Positions 10,301-19,942 are shown, counted from the stretch's first letter. The stretch: 64,000 nt of DNA from Longimicrobiales bacterium (GCA_965226375.1 CBDDCX010000005.1:264048-328047), one strand, 5' to 3'. Made by a program: numbers and translations. The notes: generated by a model from the sequence alone, not told the origin.

Positions 10301-11200
10301 CCAGTCGTCAGGGGCCTCCTGGCCCTCCATGAGCCGCAGGATCTCGGATGCGGCCCCATAACCCAGGGGGAGCACGGGGATCGTGTGCAGGGGCAGATCC
10401 TCGGGCTCGAGGCGGCTGACGCTCTTGCCCGAATCCACCGGGTATGCGGGCTCGAATGGAGTGAGAGGATCACCGGTCCAGTCCAGAGTGAGCACCGATC
10501 CCCTTTGAATGGTGTGCTCGTTCATCATGGGCCCGTCCGGATACTCGGCACCCCCGCCGCTCCCCGGATCGTTGAACATGATGAGCCCGAGCGCACCGGC
10601 GGCCTCGGCGAACTTGGCCTTGAACCCTCGGAAATTCCCTCCGTAGCGAGCCACGACAATCTTGTCGGCCACGGAAACGCCCATCTCCTGAAGGCGCTCG
10701 AAGTCCTCCTTGCGACCGAAGTTCGCGTAGACGATCTGCGCCGTTACATCCCCGCTACCGGAGTAGGCATTCCACCCGGGCAGGAGGTCCGGATGAGATG
10801 AGAACGGATCCCCCGGCACCGCGGGCTCGCGATTGTTCAGCCGTTTGCGGATGGGCGACTCGATCTCCGCGAAAACCTCGCCTCCTAGCTCAGGTAGGTA
10901 TACGTCGTAGCTGTGACGCTCCACCTCGAAACCGGCCGCCGACATGGCTGAGACCAGATAGTCGGCCACGCGGCCCTGGGCTTCGGAGCCGGTGGGATGG
11001 GGCTCCTGGGTCACCGTCCGGAGGTGTTCTCTGAACGCTTCCGGGCTTGGAAGCTCCTGGAGTCGGGCCTCACAGAACGCCTGAGTCTCTGTCCGGGCGG
11101 CTGAAAAGCCACGGATCTGGGCGGCGGACGGGGCCACGAAGAGCAAGAGGGCGAGAGGGAGAAGACTGGCCAAGAGGGGCCGCGTCGGATATGAGCGCAT
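7385..11200 (-). CDS. secreted M28 (glutamate carboxypeptidase II-like, PA + TfR-dimer) / M14 carboxypeptidase fusion
   Basis: M28: GSHYDAW, GALDPNGG, WDAEEYG, GGSDH, YHSNYD. M14: DGGIHAAE, NPDG, DMNRNFP, HGHTSG, VPEY. One continuous ORF. Confidence 0.88.
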   Translation of the reverse strand: MRSYPTRPLLASLLPLALLLFVAPSAAQIRGFSAARTETQAFCEARLQELPSPEAFREHLRTVTQEPHPTGSEAQGRVADYLVSAMSAAGFEVERHSYDVYLPELGGEVFAEIESPIRKRLNNREPAVPGDPFSSHPDLLPGWNAYSGSGDVTAQIVYANFGRKEDFERLQEMGVSVADKIVVARYGGNFRGFKAKFAEAAGALGLIMFNDPGSGGGAEYPDGPMMNEHTIQRGSVLTLDWTGDPLTPFEPAYPVDSGKSVSRLEPEDLPLHTIPVLPLGYGAASEILRLMEGQEAPDDWRGGIDATYRIEGGEGLTLRIHVDQPKKLVRATNVVGTLQGSELPDEWVILGSHYDAWGFGALDPNGGTAMLLTLAEALGQLDAEGCGPRRTIKIAHWDAEEYGIIGSVEWVEEFRDQLRAKAVAYINADGAVTGGNVRVSASPSLKRTIVEATQAVAYPDGRSMYLAWNSDGLDEPAIGDLGGGSDHVGFYTHAGVPSGGVSMGGSSGVYHSNYDDFAFFERFSDPDFVYGPALARVDGIIALRLANADILPYDLVRYPTDIDRHIDALESRAGQLGVNLDLDRLKSATDELADVAEELETSLFASDSPVYDPAADRDAANRGLLDMEKAFIRSEGLQGRPWSQSLFASPDPFSGYASWMLPGLRFEVESRSAAGIAEWEGTYVAAVQDLTRRMRALSNQVSERRIEGANLVGADGEVEWNRYHRWQDVHAIMKVWSEMYPGLTELYSIGNSYEGVDLMLMEVTNEATGPASDKPAIYLDGGIHAAELTGSEVALYTLGELLNRYGSDDAVTELLDTRAFYIRPKFNPDGSNLVLDTDQSLRSSVHPVDQDFDGVADEDPGEDLDGDGRILQMRIPDPNGDQMISPRDPRIMMAREEGSPGPFYRVVSEGIDNDADGRLNEDGYGGIDMNRNFPRNWERQHVQSGAGDFPLSEPETYATARFVNEHRNIAFIIHGHTSGGFVYRLPSASAPSEFDQTDLALIEDLSAFYTESTGREVIPSSTHPTDHRYGTLITFGYWDHGVVGWVPEYSPGPDEWVPDADGNGEIDESDWHAYNDGSFGGAYFGDWTRYDHPEFGPVEIGGWHRKFWGQNPPDELLERELEQQLPWFLHVAARTPLLEMSAPDISPLGEGRYRVAVTVTNVGDLATHLTQRGFEGREGPDGGLTQQVVAPPTVTLEVEGGRIVEGGDAPYATGRITISHLAGGNEITDKVSDRSQTVEWIVESTSVDATIRITAHAQKGGRTRSGKVTLR

Positions 11201-11371
11201 GACTGAGTTCCTCAAACGTGGTGAAATCGGTCCGCAAACATATCCTGTGGATCCCGATGTGGCATGGGCCTGTGCCCTTCTCTTGCTAAGCCCCGTCTGC
11301 GGACGTAACGATGGTGCCCGCCTGAGGCGTGCGCCTCAGCGAAGTCGAAACGAAGAACGGGGTGTCGAGTG

Positions 11372-12547
11372 ATGATGAAGCGTACCTGGTTGATCCTCAC
11401 GGTGGGACTGATGGCTGCGAGCGCCCTCCACGCTCAGGACGAGCACATGGCTAAGGCCCGCCGGGTGTTGGACGCCATGCCGCTCTTCGACGGTCATAAC
11501 GACCTGCCCTGGGCCATCCGAGAGAATGAAAGCGCACCTCTCGACGTGGCGGCCTACGACCTTCGACGTACGACTTCGGGTCACACGGACATCGCGCGGC
11601 TACGCGAGGGCATGGTGGGCGCGCAGTTCTGGTCGGTGTACATCCCCATGGAGTCGGTGGATGAGGGAGCCGCTCGCTTCCAGCTCGAGCAAATCGACAT
11701 CGCCAGGCAGGTCATCCGGAAGTATCCGGACGTGTTCGAACAGGGGTACACGGTCTCGGACGTAGAGCGGATCTACGGCGAAGGGAAGGTCGCTTCGGTG
11801 CTCGGAATGGAAGGCGGGCATGCCATCGAGAATTCCTTGGGAGCGCTCCGGGCCTACTTCGATCTGGGCGTCCGCTACATGACGTTGACCCATTCTGGGA
11901 ACAATGACTGGGCCGACTCCGCGACGGACGATGCGGAGCATGGTGGCCTGACAGAGTTCGGCAAGGAAGTCATCCGCGAGATGAATCGCCTGGGTATGCT
12001 CGCGGACCTGTCCCATACGTCGCCGGAGACCATGAACGACGTGCTTGATGTGGCCGAGGCTCCAGTCATCTATTCGCACTCATCGGCTCAGGCCCTGACC
12101 AATCACCTGCGCAACGTGCCGGACCAGGTACTGCGCCGGCTTCCAGAGAACGGCGGGGTCGTCATGGTCACGTTCGTGCCCTCGTTCGTTTCCGAGGCCA
12201 ATCGCACCCACTCGGGGCCGGGGGACGCACCGAAAGCCACCCTGGCCGACGTGGCGGATCACATCGAGCACATCCGAGACGTATCAGGCGTCGACCACGT
12301 GGGCATCGGGTCCGACTTCGACGGCATCGGGGACACGCCGGTGGGACTGGAGGACGTGTCTACCTTCCCGGTCTTGTTCGCCGAACTGTCCCGCCGCGGG
12401 TGGAGTGAGGGAGACTTGTCCAAGCTCGCCGGTGGCAATGTTCTGAGGGCGTGGAAAGAGGCGGAGTCCGCAGCCAGCAGAATCCAGAGGACCCGAGGAC
12501 CCTCAGTCAAGACCATCGAAGAGCTGGACGGTCGCCCGATCTCCTAG
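11372..12547 (+). CDS. membrane dipeptidase (peptidase M19)
   Basis: DGHNDLPW, GAQFWSVY, MEGGH, RYMTLTH, DLSH, GIGSDFDG; signal peptide. Confidence 0.95.
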   Translation: MMKRTWLILTVGLMAASALHAQDEHMAKARRVLDAMPLFDGHNDLPWAIRENESAPLDVAAYDLRRTTSGHTDIARLREGMVGAQFWSVYIPMESVDEGAARFQLEQIDIARQVIRKYPDVFEQGYTVSDVERIYGEGKVASVLGMEGGHAIENSLGALRAYFDLGVRYMTLTHSGNNDWADSATDDAEHGGLTEFGKEVIREMNRLGMLADLSHTSPETMNDVLDVAEAPVIYSHSSAQALTNHLRNVPDQVLRRLPENGGVVMVTFVPSFVSEANRTHSGPGDAPKATLADVADHIEHIRDVSGVDHVGIGSDFDGIGDTPVGLEDVSTFPVLFAELSRRGWSEGDLSKLAGGNVLRAWKEAESAASRIQRTRGPSVKTIEELDGRPIS

Positions 12548-12604
12548 TGTGGTGTTACAGAGGTTCGCTCGAATGGCCGAGACACTTCTGACTCAGGACA
12601 CGAG
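12544..12604. repeat. about 61-bp MITE/REP-like element with imperfect CTAG-anchored terminal inverted repeats
   Basis: CTAGTGTGGTGTTACAGAGGTTC ... ACACTTCTGACTCAGGACACGAG; related ends at 45196-45218, 7366-7388 and 36168-36190. Confidence 0.55.
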
Positions 12605-12728
12605 GTAGGAGCGAAGGGCCGGCGCCGTTAGGATCTTCTAGGCGGATTTCCGGCCGCCTCCCTGTTCCGCTCCCGTAGTGCTCAGCGTGGAATTCGACAC
12701 GCGCTGAACCCCCTGACGACCAAGATCC

Positions 12729-13661
12729 ATGTACGACGCCCGTGAACACAGCCTGTGGGGCGACCTCAAAGAGTCGCTGCGCGGGACGAACCAGGACTTC
12801 ACCGAAGGACCCATCGGCCGTGCCATCTTGTTGCTGGCCGTGCCCATGATTCTCGAGATGGTTATGGAGTCCGTGTTCGCGGTGGTGGACATCTTTTGGG
12901 TGTCCAGGCTCGGGGCCGAGGCCATCGCCGGGGTGGGGCTCACAGAGTCCCTTCTGACACTGGTCTATACGGTGGCCGTGGGTCTCAGCATCGGTGTCAC
13001 GGCCATGGTTGCCCGTCGCACCGGCGAAAAGGACCCCGAGGCGGCGTCCCGCACCACTGCACAGTCCATTCTGCTGGGCCTCGCAGTGGCCGTGGTGTTG
13101 GGCGTGATCGGAGCCCTGAACGCACCCCGCTTCCTGGGATGGATGGGTGGCAGCGAGGACGTGATAGCCGCGGGATCGAGCTATGCGACCATCATGCTCG
13201 GCTCCAACGGCGTGATTCTTCTGCTCTTCCTGATCAATGCCGGGTTCAGGGGCGCGGGCGACGCTACGATCGCGATGCGCGTCCTTTGGATCGCCAACAC
13301 CATCAACCTGATTCTGGATCCGCTGCTCATATTCGGGATCGGTCCGTTTCCCGAGCTCGGGGTGGCAGGAGCGGCCGTCTCGACCGTGATCGGGCGGGGC
13401 ACGGCGGTGTGCATCCAGCTGGTCACCCTGTTCAGCGGGATCGGACGGGTGACCGTAACCTGGGCCCATCTGCGCCCGGACTACCACATCATGTGGAGAC
13501 TCGTACGGCTGTCCGGCTCGGCCACCTTCCAGACGTTCATCGGGACCGCTTCGTGGATCAGCCTCATGAGGATACTAGCCATCTTCGGCAGCGCGGCCTT
13601 GGCTGGCTACACCATCGCCATCCGCGTCGTGCTGTTCGCGCTGTTACCCGCCTGGGGCATG
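12729..13661 (+). pseudogene. MATE family efflux transporter, truncated after about 310 aa
   Basis: GPIGRAILLLAVPM, FRGAGD, NLILDPLLIFG, LGVAGAA. Homology-like sequence stops at LLPAWGM and the ORF runs on antisense to the next gene. Confidence 0.8.
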
Positions 13662-13680
13662 ACGGGGGCGGGTCGCGGCG

Positions 13681-14412
13681 TCACCTCTGATCCGATCCTT
13701 CGTCCCTGGAGGCCGTCTCTTCGGTCGCCTTCTGCTTCGTCGCCCAGTCGTCCATGGGTACCACTATGGCGGTCATCGGACCGCTGGCCCAGTCCAAGTG
13801 GGGCAGGCCGCTCCACCGCGCCGCCTCCCCGGCTTCATCGCTAAAGCCGAGGGCGGCGTGCGTAGCGTACGGAGCCGCCACCTTCACCTGCGGCCGCAGC
13901 GCCCAGTCATCCCCCTCGGGGTTATGCCGGTAACCGTTGCTGGAGAGCATGTACGTGATGCCCCCGGCCCGCGGTGTACGCAGCTCGCCGCTCACGAAGC
14001 CCTGACCGATGGCCGCCATGATCTCGTCTTGCGTCTTGCCCTGGGAGCGCAGCCTCTCCCGCATGCTGGCCACCTTGAAGGACGACACGCTGCCGCCCCA
14101 ATCGTGACAGGTCGGAATCACGCTCTGCCCGCCCATTCCCCGATCGACGTAGCAGGAGAAGCCGTTGGTGCCCGTGCGTGCCTCCTCATAACCCCAGTTG
14201 CCGAGCACGAATACGGTCGCTCCGAGTGAGACCTCCCGGGGTGCCGCGCTCAGGGCGAGGTCCATCTCTTCGACGGGATCCAGCCAGACCGCCTTCGCCA
14301 CGTCCGGACGGCTCCACTCGCTCTCAGCTGCCTGCTCCTGTGCCGCCGCGGAAGCTGCCAAAACTCCAGTCAACGCCAGCCCGCAAACCAGTCCACTCCA
14401 CTTTCCTCGCAT
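13681..14412 (-). CDS. conserved hypothetical secreted protein
   Basis: Signal peptide MRGKW...AAAQ; LALSAAP...GTNGFSCYV...GITYMLS motif. Confidence 0.75.
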   Translation of the reverse strand: MRGKWSGLVCGLALTGVLAASAAAQEQAAESEWSRPDVAKAVWLDPVEEMDLALSAAPREVSLGATVFVLGNWGYEEARTGTNGFSCYVDRGMGGQSVIPTCHDWGGSVSSFKVASMRERLRSQGKTQDEIMAAIGQGFVSGELRTPRAGGITYMLSSNGYRHNPEGDDWALRPQVKVAAPYATHAALGFSDEAGEAARWSGLPHLDWASGPMTAIVVPMDDWATKQKATEETASRDEGSDQR

Positions 14413-14562
14413 CGTCGTCTCCCTGTGTCGGATCCACGTGTGTGTCAACGAGTACCGTGTGCGATGGGTTAGACGACGGTTGCACCCGGATTCTTCCCCG
14501 ATCATGATGACGCCTCGGCCGAGAGCCACGATGCCGGGCATGACGAAGCTGGCGGAGACGAC

Positions 14563-14919
14563 ATGGACATTGTGTACATCCGTGATCTGAAGATCGAGAC
14601 GATCATCGGAATCAACGACTGGGAGCGTGAGGTGCGCCAGACGGTGAGTCTCGATCTCGAGATGGCCACCGATATCCGACGAGCCGCGGGCAGTGACGAT
14701 ATCTCTGATACCGTGGACTACAAGGCTGTAGCGAAGCGAATCATCGCTTTCGTCGAGGGGAGTGAGTTTCTCTTGGTTGAGAGGATGGCGGAGAGCATCT
14801 CAGACATCCTGCGTGAGGAGTTCGCGGTGACCTGGCTGCGGCTTCGAGTCGGCAAACCCGGCGCAGTCACCGGAGCCGCCGACGTAGGTGTGATCATCGA
14901 GCGCGGAGCGCGAGCGTAA
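14563..14919 (+). CDS. folB: dihydroneopterin aldolase
   Basis: IETIIGINDWERE, DTVDY, FLLVE, KPGAV. Confidence 0.95.
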   Translation: MDIVYIRDLKIETIIGINDWEREVRQTVSLDLEMATDIRRAAGSDDISDTVDYKAVAKRIIAFVEGSEFLLVERMAESISDILREEFAVTWLRLRVGKPGAVTGAADVGVIIERGARA

Positions 14920-14958
14920 ATGCCCTGGACGGAGATCTCAGTGGTCACGGGCCGGTAG

Positions 14959-15471
14959 GTGGCGCGCGCGTACATCAGCGTGGGCAGCAACGTGGACCGG
15001 GAGCGCAATGTGACGGCTGCGCTGGACGCCCTATCGGCGGTCTACGGAGAGCTCGCTCTGTCGTCGGTGTTCGAGAGCGAGTCTGTCGGTTTCGAGGGTG
15101 ATCCCTTCTACAACGTGGTGGTGGGGGTGGATACGGCACAGAGCGTCGGCGAGCTCGCCAAGGCCCTGCGCTCGATCGAAGACGAAGGTGGGCGACGGCG
15201 AGACACTCCTCGGTTCAGCGCTCGAACACTCGACCTGGATCTGCTGATCTATGCGGAGGTGGCTGGTGTGATCGATGGTGTGGTACTCCCCCGCGGGGAG
15301 ATCACCGAGAACGCGTTTGTTCTGAGACCTTTGGCAGAGGTTGTGGGGGGGGAGATTCACCCGATCGCGCAGCGAACGTACGCCGAGCTTTGGCGGGACT
15401 TCGATAAGGGCGAGCAGACGTTGTGGCCGGTGGATTTCGTGTGGGGCGGGGTGCGGATCTCCCGCGGTTGA
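14959..15471 (+). CDS. folK: 2-amino-4-hydroxy-6-hydroxymethyldihydropteridine diphosphokinase
   Basis: YISVGSN, FYN, ARTLDLDLL, LPR...AFVLRPLAE. Confidence 0.93.
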   Translation: MARAYISVGSNVDRERNVTAALDALSAVYGELALSSVFESESVGFEGDPFYNVVVGVDTAQSVGELAKALRSIEDEGGRRRDTPRFSARTLDLDLLIYAEVAGVIDGVVLPRGEITENAFVLRPLAEVVGGEIHPIAQRTYAELWRDFDKGEQTLWPVDFVWGGVRISRG

Positions 15472-15610
15472 CCCGGATCGGGAGTCAGGTGCGCGTCTCG
15501 TCCAGCCATCCCCTCGGGTACACATCCCAACGAGATTCCCGTTGTGTTGGCATATGCCCTTTGTGCCGTCGAGTCGACAGTTCAGAGTGACAGGCTGCCC
15601 CTAGCGCTAT

Positions 15611-15640
15611 CATGATGGTAGAATAGCCAACATGATGGTA
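15611..15640 (+). promoter_or_regulatory. probable autoregulatory operator of the TA operon
   Basis: CATGATGGTA repeated at 15611 and 15631 (20-bp period), overlapping a TAGAAT -10-like box, just upstream of an RHH antitoxin. Confidence 0.5.
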
Positions 15641-15652
15641 ACACGCACGCGT

Positions 15653-15901
15653 ATGGTTCGCACTCAGATCCAGTTTACCGAAGACCAACTCTCGGATTTG
15701 AAATCACAGGCCTCCGGAGAGGGCGTGTCGGTCTCCGAGCTCGTACGGAGAGCCGTTGAGGGGTGGACGATGACCGCTACCCAACCGTCCCCCGAAGAGC
15801 AGCGACAGCGTGCCCTGGCCGTGGCCGGGCGCTTTGCGTCAGGATGCACCGACGTGGCTTCCGAGCATGACCGACACCTTCCGGAGGCGTACGGCGAGTG
15901 A
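15653..15901 (+). CDS. CopG/ribbon-helix-helix antitoxin (VapB-like)
   Basis: MVRTQIQFTE...GVSVSELVRRAV...DVASEHDRHL; overlaps the PIN gene by 4 nt. Confidence 0.88.
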   Translation: MVRTQIQFTEDQLSDLKSQASGEGVSVSELVRRAVEGWTMTATQPSPEEQRQRALAVAGRFASGCTDVASEHDRHLPEAYGE

Positions 15902-16305
15902 CGACTTTCGTCGATACGTCAGGGCTCTACGCGGTCCTGGATAGAGACGACCGATGGCATCTCCGGGCGCGTGACACATGGACGGAGCTCGTAGCCGAAC
16001 ATGACCTCCTGATCAGCAACTACGTCCTGGTGGAGACGTTCGCGCTGGTGCAGAACCGGCTGGGAGTGGAGGCGGTGCGAGCGGTGGTCCAGGATGTGGC
16101 CCCGATTCTCAACGTGCACTCGGTGGATGAGGAGGACCACGGACGTTCCCTCGAGGCACTCCTCACCGCGAATCGGCGAGATCTGAGCCTGGTGGACTGC
16201 ATGAGCTTCCACATCATGCGTAGGCACGGTATCCGAACCGTCTTCGCCTTCGACAGGCACTTCGAAGAGCAGGGCTTTGTGACGCTCCCTGGTAGGGCTT
16301 CCTAG
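15898..16305 (+). CDS. vapC: PIN-domain toxin
   Basis: FVDTSG, VLVET, LSLVDC, FAFDRHF. Confidence 0.92.
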   Translation: MTTFVDTSGLYAVLDRDDRWHLRARDTWTELVAEHDLLISNYVLVETFALVQNRLGVEAVRAVVQDVAPILNVHSVDEEDHGRSLEALLTANRRDLSLVDCMSFHIMRRHGIRTVFAFDRHFEEQGFVTLPGRAS

Positions 16306-16403
16306 CGCGAGTACATCGGCCACCGTGGCTGTCAGAACAGATCCGATCCTGCTGGTACCGTCCGCGACGGTTACCTAACGTTCGCGCTCAACTTTCAGCG
16401 CGG

Positions 16404-17849
16404 ATGACGGACATGCTCGATTCGACACGGTTGTGGAATGTGGTGGGTGGCGCGGCGCTCTTCCTGGGCTTGGGGCTCTCCGCCCCGCCGGCTCAAGCCC
16501 AACTCGAAATCTCCGAGCAGGATCGAGCGCTCGCTCGCGAGATCTATTCCGACCTGATCTCGATTCCCTCCGTGTCCGATACGCATGAGACGGTCCTCGC
16601 CGCCGAGATGCTCGCCACGCGTCTGGTCGAGGGCGGGATTGCCGAGGAGGATCTCCGCGTGACCGGCCCGAACCCGGATCTGGGCAACCTGGTGATTTGG
16701 TATCGGGGTCGCTCGAACAGCCTCAGGCCCATGCTTCTGATGGCCCACCTCGATGTCGTTCCCGCCGTGGCGGATGATTGGGGGGTGGACCCTTTCACCC
16801 TTCGCGAAGACGGTGGCTTTTTCTATGGTCGGGGCACGTCGGACAACAAAGCCGGCGCCGCCATGCTGGTGGCCAACTTGATCCGGTACAAACAGGAAGG
16901 CTTTGTGCCGGAGCGAGACATCATCGTGGTCATCACGGCCGACGAGGAGACGTCCAGCGCGAGCATCCGTTGGCTCCTCGCGACCTATCCCGACGCGGCC
17001 AACGCCGAGTTCGCGCTCAACACGGATTCGGGCGGGGGTGAGCTCCGAGACGGTGAACACGCCGTGTTCGGGCTCCAGGCCAGCGAGAAGATGTACACGA
17101 CGTTCCACGTGACCACGTCGAATCCCGGGGGCCACAGCTCGCGGCCCAGGCCGGACAACGCGATCTACGACCTGGTTCACGCCTTGGCGAGGATCGAACA
17201 GCATGTGTTTCCCGTGCAGCTCGACGAGGTCACCCGCACGTACTTCCAACGGACCGCCGAGACCAAGGACGGCCAAGAAGCGGCGGATCTGCGGGCCGTC
17301 GCCCAGGATCCGCCCGACCTGGAGGCCGCCGCGAGGCTTTCCGAAGCCTCCGACGGCAATAACGCACTCCTGCGGACCACGTGCGTGCCAACCCGGCTGG
17401 AGTCTGGCCACGCCGACAACGCCCTGCCCCGGAGCGCCACCGCCACGGTCAATTGTCGGATCTTCCCCGGCGTCCCGGCGGAAGAGGTGCGCGCCAAGCT
17501 CGTGGAATTGATCGACGACGAAACGGTGCAGATCACGCTCATCAACCAGCCGAGGCGGAGCCCCGCATCGGCATTGCGACCCGACCTGATGAGGCCTCTG
17601 CGTGAACTGGTTGACGAAATGTTCGGTCCTATACCCATCATCCCGAGCATGTCCACGGGCGCTACCGACGGGAACTACGTGCGCAATGCAGGGATCCCGA
17701 CGTACGGGCTCTCTGCGATCTTCGGGGTGCCCGGGGAGGGACGGGCTCACGGACTCGACGAGAGGGTTCGAGTGGAGTCGTTCTACGAGGCGCTGGAGTT
17801 CTGGTACCAGATGGTCAAGCGGCTCTCGACTCCTCAGGTGATTCCGTAG
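16404..17849 (+). CDS. secreted M20/M25/M40 metallopeptidase
   Basis: MAHLDVV, GRGTSDNK, ADEE, GGHSS, GATD, RAHGLDE. Confidence 0.93.
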   Translation: MTDMLDSTRLWNVVGGAALFLGLGLSAPPAQAQLEISEQDRALAREIYSDLISIPSVSDTHETVLAAEMLATRLVEGGIAEEDLRVTGPNPDLGNLVIWYRGRSNSLRPMLLMAHLDVVPAVADDWGVDPFTLREDGGFFYGRGTSDNKAGAAMLVANLIRYKQEGFVPERDIIVVITADEETSSASIRWLLATYPDAANAEFALNTDSGGGELRDGEHAVFGLQASEKMYTTFHVTTSNPGGHSSRPRPDNAIYDLVHALARIEQHVFPVQLDEVTRTYFQRTAETKDGQEAADLRAVAQDPPDLEAAARLSEASDGNNALLRTTCVPTRLESGHADNALPRSATATVNCRIFPGVPAEEVRAKLVELIDDETVQITLINQPRRSPASALRPDLMRPLRELVDEMFGPIPIIPSMSTGATDGNYVRNAGIPTYGLSAIFGVPGEGRAHGLDERVRVESFYEALEFWYQMVKRLSTPQVIP

Positions 17850-17865
17850 TCTCGGAGGCTCAACA

Positions 17866-18810
17866 TCATCTGCCGTGGGGCGAGACCTCGTTCAGTTCAT
17901 CGATCCCGCTCCAGAACGTCCTCAGAGCCAGTGCGGTCTCACGGGGTTTTTCTACAGGGGGAACGTGATTGCAGCCTTGTAGTAGAGTCACGCTGGCCCC
18001 GGTGTGCTGTTCAAGAACCTCTGTCTGACTGACGTGTGTCATCCGATCATCCACGCACCACACGGCCTGAAGTGGATGAGAGATCTCCCCGAGACGACCG
18101 TCCAAGCTGAAGCGATGCGCCTCGTAGTTCTCCTTGATCGCTTGTACATGGTGGTTCGCGGATATGCGCTCATTTCTCAGATGACGCATGACCGGTCCAG
18201 GCATTTCGGGGGGTGCTTTCATGATCCAATCCCAGGAGCTGTCGAACTCCTCGCCGTTCGTGACTTCGAACGGATTCTGCCCTTGGGCCATGGCGCGATC
18301 GACCTCGCTCTCTTCAAGGCCGTGCCACCCCGTTGCGTCAATGAAGGTCAGAGATCGAACCAGGCCCCCATCCTGCAACGTCAGTGTTCCGGCAACGTGC
18401 CCCCCCATCGATTCACCGACGACGTGGAACGGCCCACCATCATGCTCACGCAACACATCGGCAACGACGTGCGCCATCGCTTCCGCGGTATATGTGAACG
18501 TCTCAGGACCCGTCGTGGCCCCGTGGCCGGGGAGATCTGGAACGATCAAGCCTCTTTTGTCGCCGAGCTCGGCGATCAGGCCGAAAAACATTGTCTTGTC
18601 GGCCGTGAACCCATGGAGCAGCACCACAGGTGAGATTCCCTCGCGAAAGAAATAGCTGACTCGGTGATCTCCGGAGAGGACTGATCGTTCCTCCAGCGAG
18701 AGGTCTTCCATCGCCTGCGCATTAGATCTGGCGAGCATCGATTCGCCCAGCCGGGCACAACCGGTCATGAGCGTGGCAACGATGATAAGCATGACCTTAT
18801 CGCGAAACAT
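17866..18810 (-). CDS. alpha/beta hydrolase (lipase/esterase), probable lipoprotein
   Basis: LMTGC lipobox, LLHGF, PDLPGHG, GESMGG nucleophile elbow, NHVP. Confidence 0.88.
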   Translation of the reverse strand: MFRDKVMLIIVATLMTGCARLGESMLARSNAQAMEDLSLEERSVLSGDHRVSYFFREGISPVVLLHGFTADKTMFFGLIAELGDKRGLIVPDLPGHGATTGPETFTYTAEAMAHVVADVLREHDGGPFHVVGESMGGHVAGTLTLQDGGLVRSLTFIDATGWHGLEESEVDRAMAQGQNPFEVTNGEEFDSSWDWIMKAPPEMPGPVMRHLRNERISANHHVQAIKENYEAHRFSLDGRLGEISHPLQAVWCVDDRMTHVSQTEVLEQHTGASVTLLQGCNHVPPVEKPRETALALRTFWSGIDELNEVSPHGR

Positions 18811-19012
18811 CACGTTCTCCAGCGTAAGTACCGGACTCACAGATCCCGCCAACCAGCAACTGTGAGGGTCCGTGCCCTGCGCCGCTAGTCATACAGCTCG
18901 CATAACGCACGGAACCCGGGATGGTCCCGCATCCTCAGACCCCTGCCCCCAATGGAGGCTTCGTCCGGCGAGGGACTATACGAGGTCGGCCTCCGGCGAG
19001 AGGAACGTCGCG

Positions 19013-19759
19013 TCAGGTCAAGCTGCGCCCACCGTCCACCGAGATGATCTGACCCGTGATGTATGGGGCCCGGTCGGCCAGAAACAGCAGAGTCTCCGCG
19101 ATGTCCCCGGGCTCTCCCTTACGCCGGAGCGGTACCCTCTGCAGTTGCCGCTCCCTCCGCTCGCCGTCCTCCTCCTCATCGCTCTGAGGCCAAAGGATCG
19201 CGCCGGGCGCGATTCCGTTCACCCGGACCGCCGGAGCCAACTCCCGGGCCAGGGACCGCGTCAGCATGGCCAGCCCGGCCTTGGCCGTGCTGTGTACGGC
19301 ATGCTCAGCCAGCGGCCTCTCGCCGTGAATGTCGATCATGTTGACGATGCTCCCCCGGTGTTGCCCGAGGGTGTCTGCCAGCGCCTGGCACAGGAAGAAT
19401 GGCCCTTTGAGGTTGCTGTCGATCAGCGTGGCCCAGTCTTCCTCGGTGACGCTCCCGATGGGCGTGGGAAAGAAGCTCGACGCGTTGTTGACCAGCAGGT
19501 CCAGGCGGCCGAATAGGGCGACAACGTCACGGGCCAGCGCTTCCGCGTCGCTGCGCTCCCCGAGCATCGCCCGGAAACAGGTGACCGATCCATCTCGGAC
19601 ACTGTTGAGTTCTTGGGCGAGATCTTCGGCGGCGGCGCCGGAGCTGCGGTAGTGCACGGCCACGTCGTAGCCGGCCCCGTGGAGAGCTCGGCACAGCTCC
19701 GCCCCTATGCGCTGGGCCCCCCCGGTCACCAGCGCCACTTTCGAGTCTGTGTTCTGCAT
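19013..19759 (-). CDS. pteridine reductase (FolM/PTR1-like SDR)
   Basis: TGGAQRIG, VHYRSS, LVNNASSF, DIH, VNGIAPGAILWP. Confidence 0.88.
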   Translation of the reverse strand: MQNTDSKVALVTGGAQRIGAELCRALHGAGYDVAVHYRSSGAAAEDLAQELNSVRDGSVTCFRAMLGERSDAEALARDVVALFGRLDLLVNNASSFFPTPIGSVTEEDWATLIDSNLKGPFFLCQALADTLGQHRGSIVNMIDIHGERPLAEHAVHSTAKAGLAMLTRSLARELAPAVRVNGIAPGAILWPQSDEEEDGERRERQLQRVPLRRKGEPGDIAETLLFLADRAPYITGQIISVDGGRSLT

Positions 19760-19873
19760 AGTGTAGGTTCGCCTTCCACCTCACAGACACGCAACACCGG
19801 CACCGCGGTGTGAACGCTCGAACCAAAACCTGGGACCAGGGTAGCTGATCCGCTAAGTTGCCTGCCGAGTACG

Positions 19874-19912
19874 ACTTGAATCTGTGTCACTTGAATCTAT
19901 GCCACTTGAATC
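19874..19912. repeat. three ACTTGAATC direct repeats with 15-bp period in a divergent promoter region
   Basis: Copies at 19874, 19889 and 19904. Confidence 0.7.
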
Positions 19913-19942
19913 GCGCACGACCGAATTGCCAATGAGGAGTCC

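Noticed and set aside
16373..16392. ACCTAAC-GTTCGCGCTCAAC resembling the start of an integron attC after vapC
   Set aside because: No matching GTTRRRY half, no further attC sites and no integron integrase
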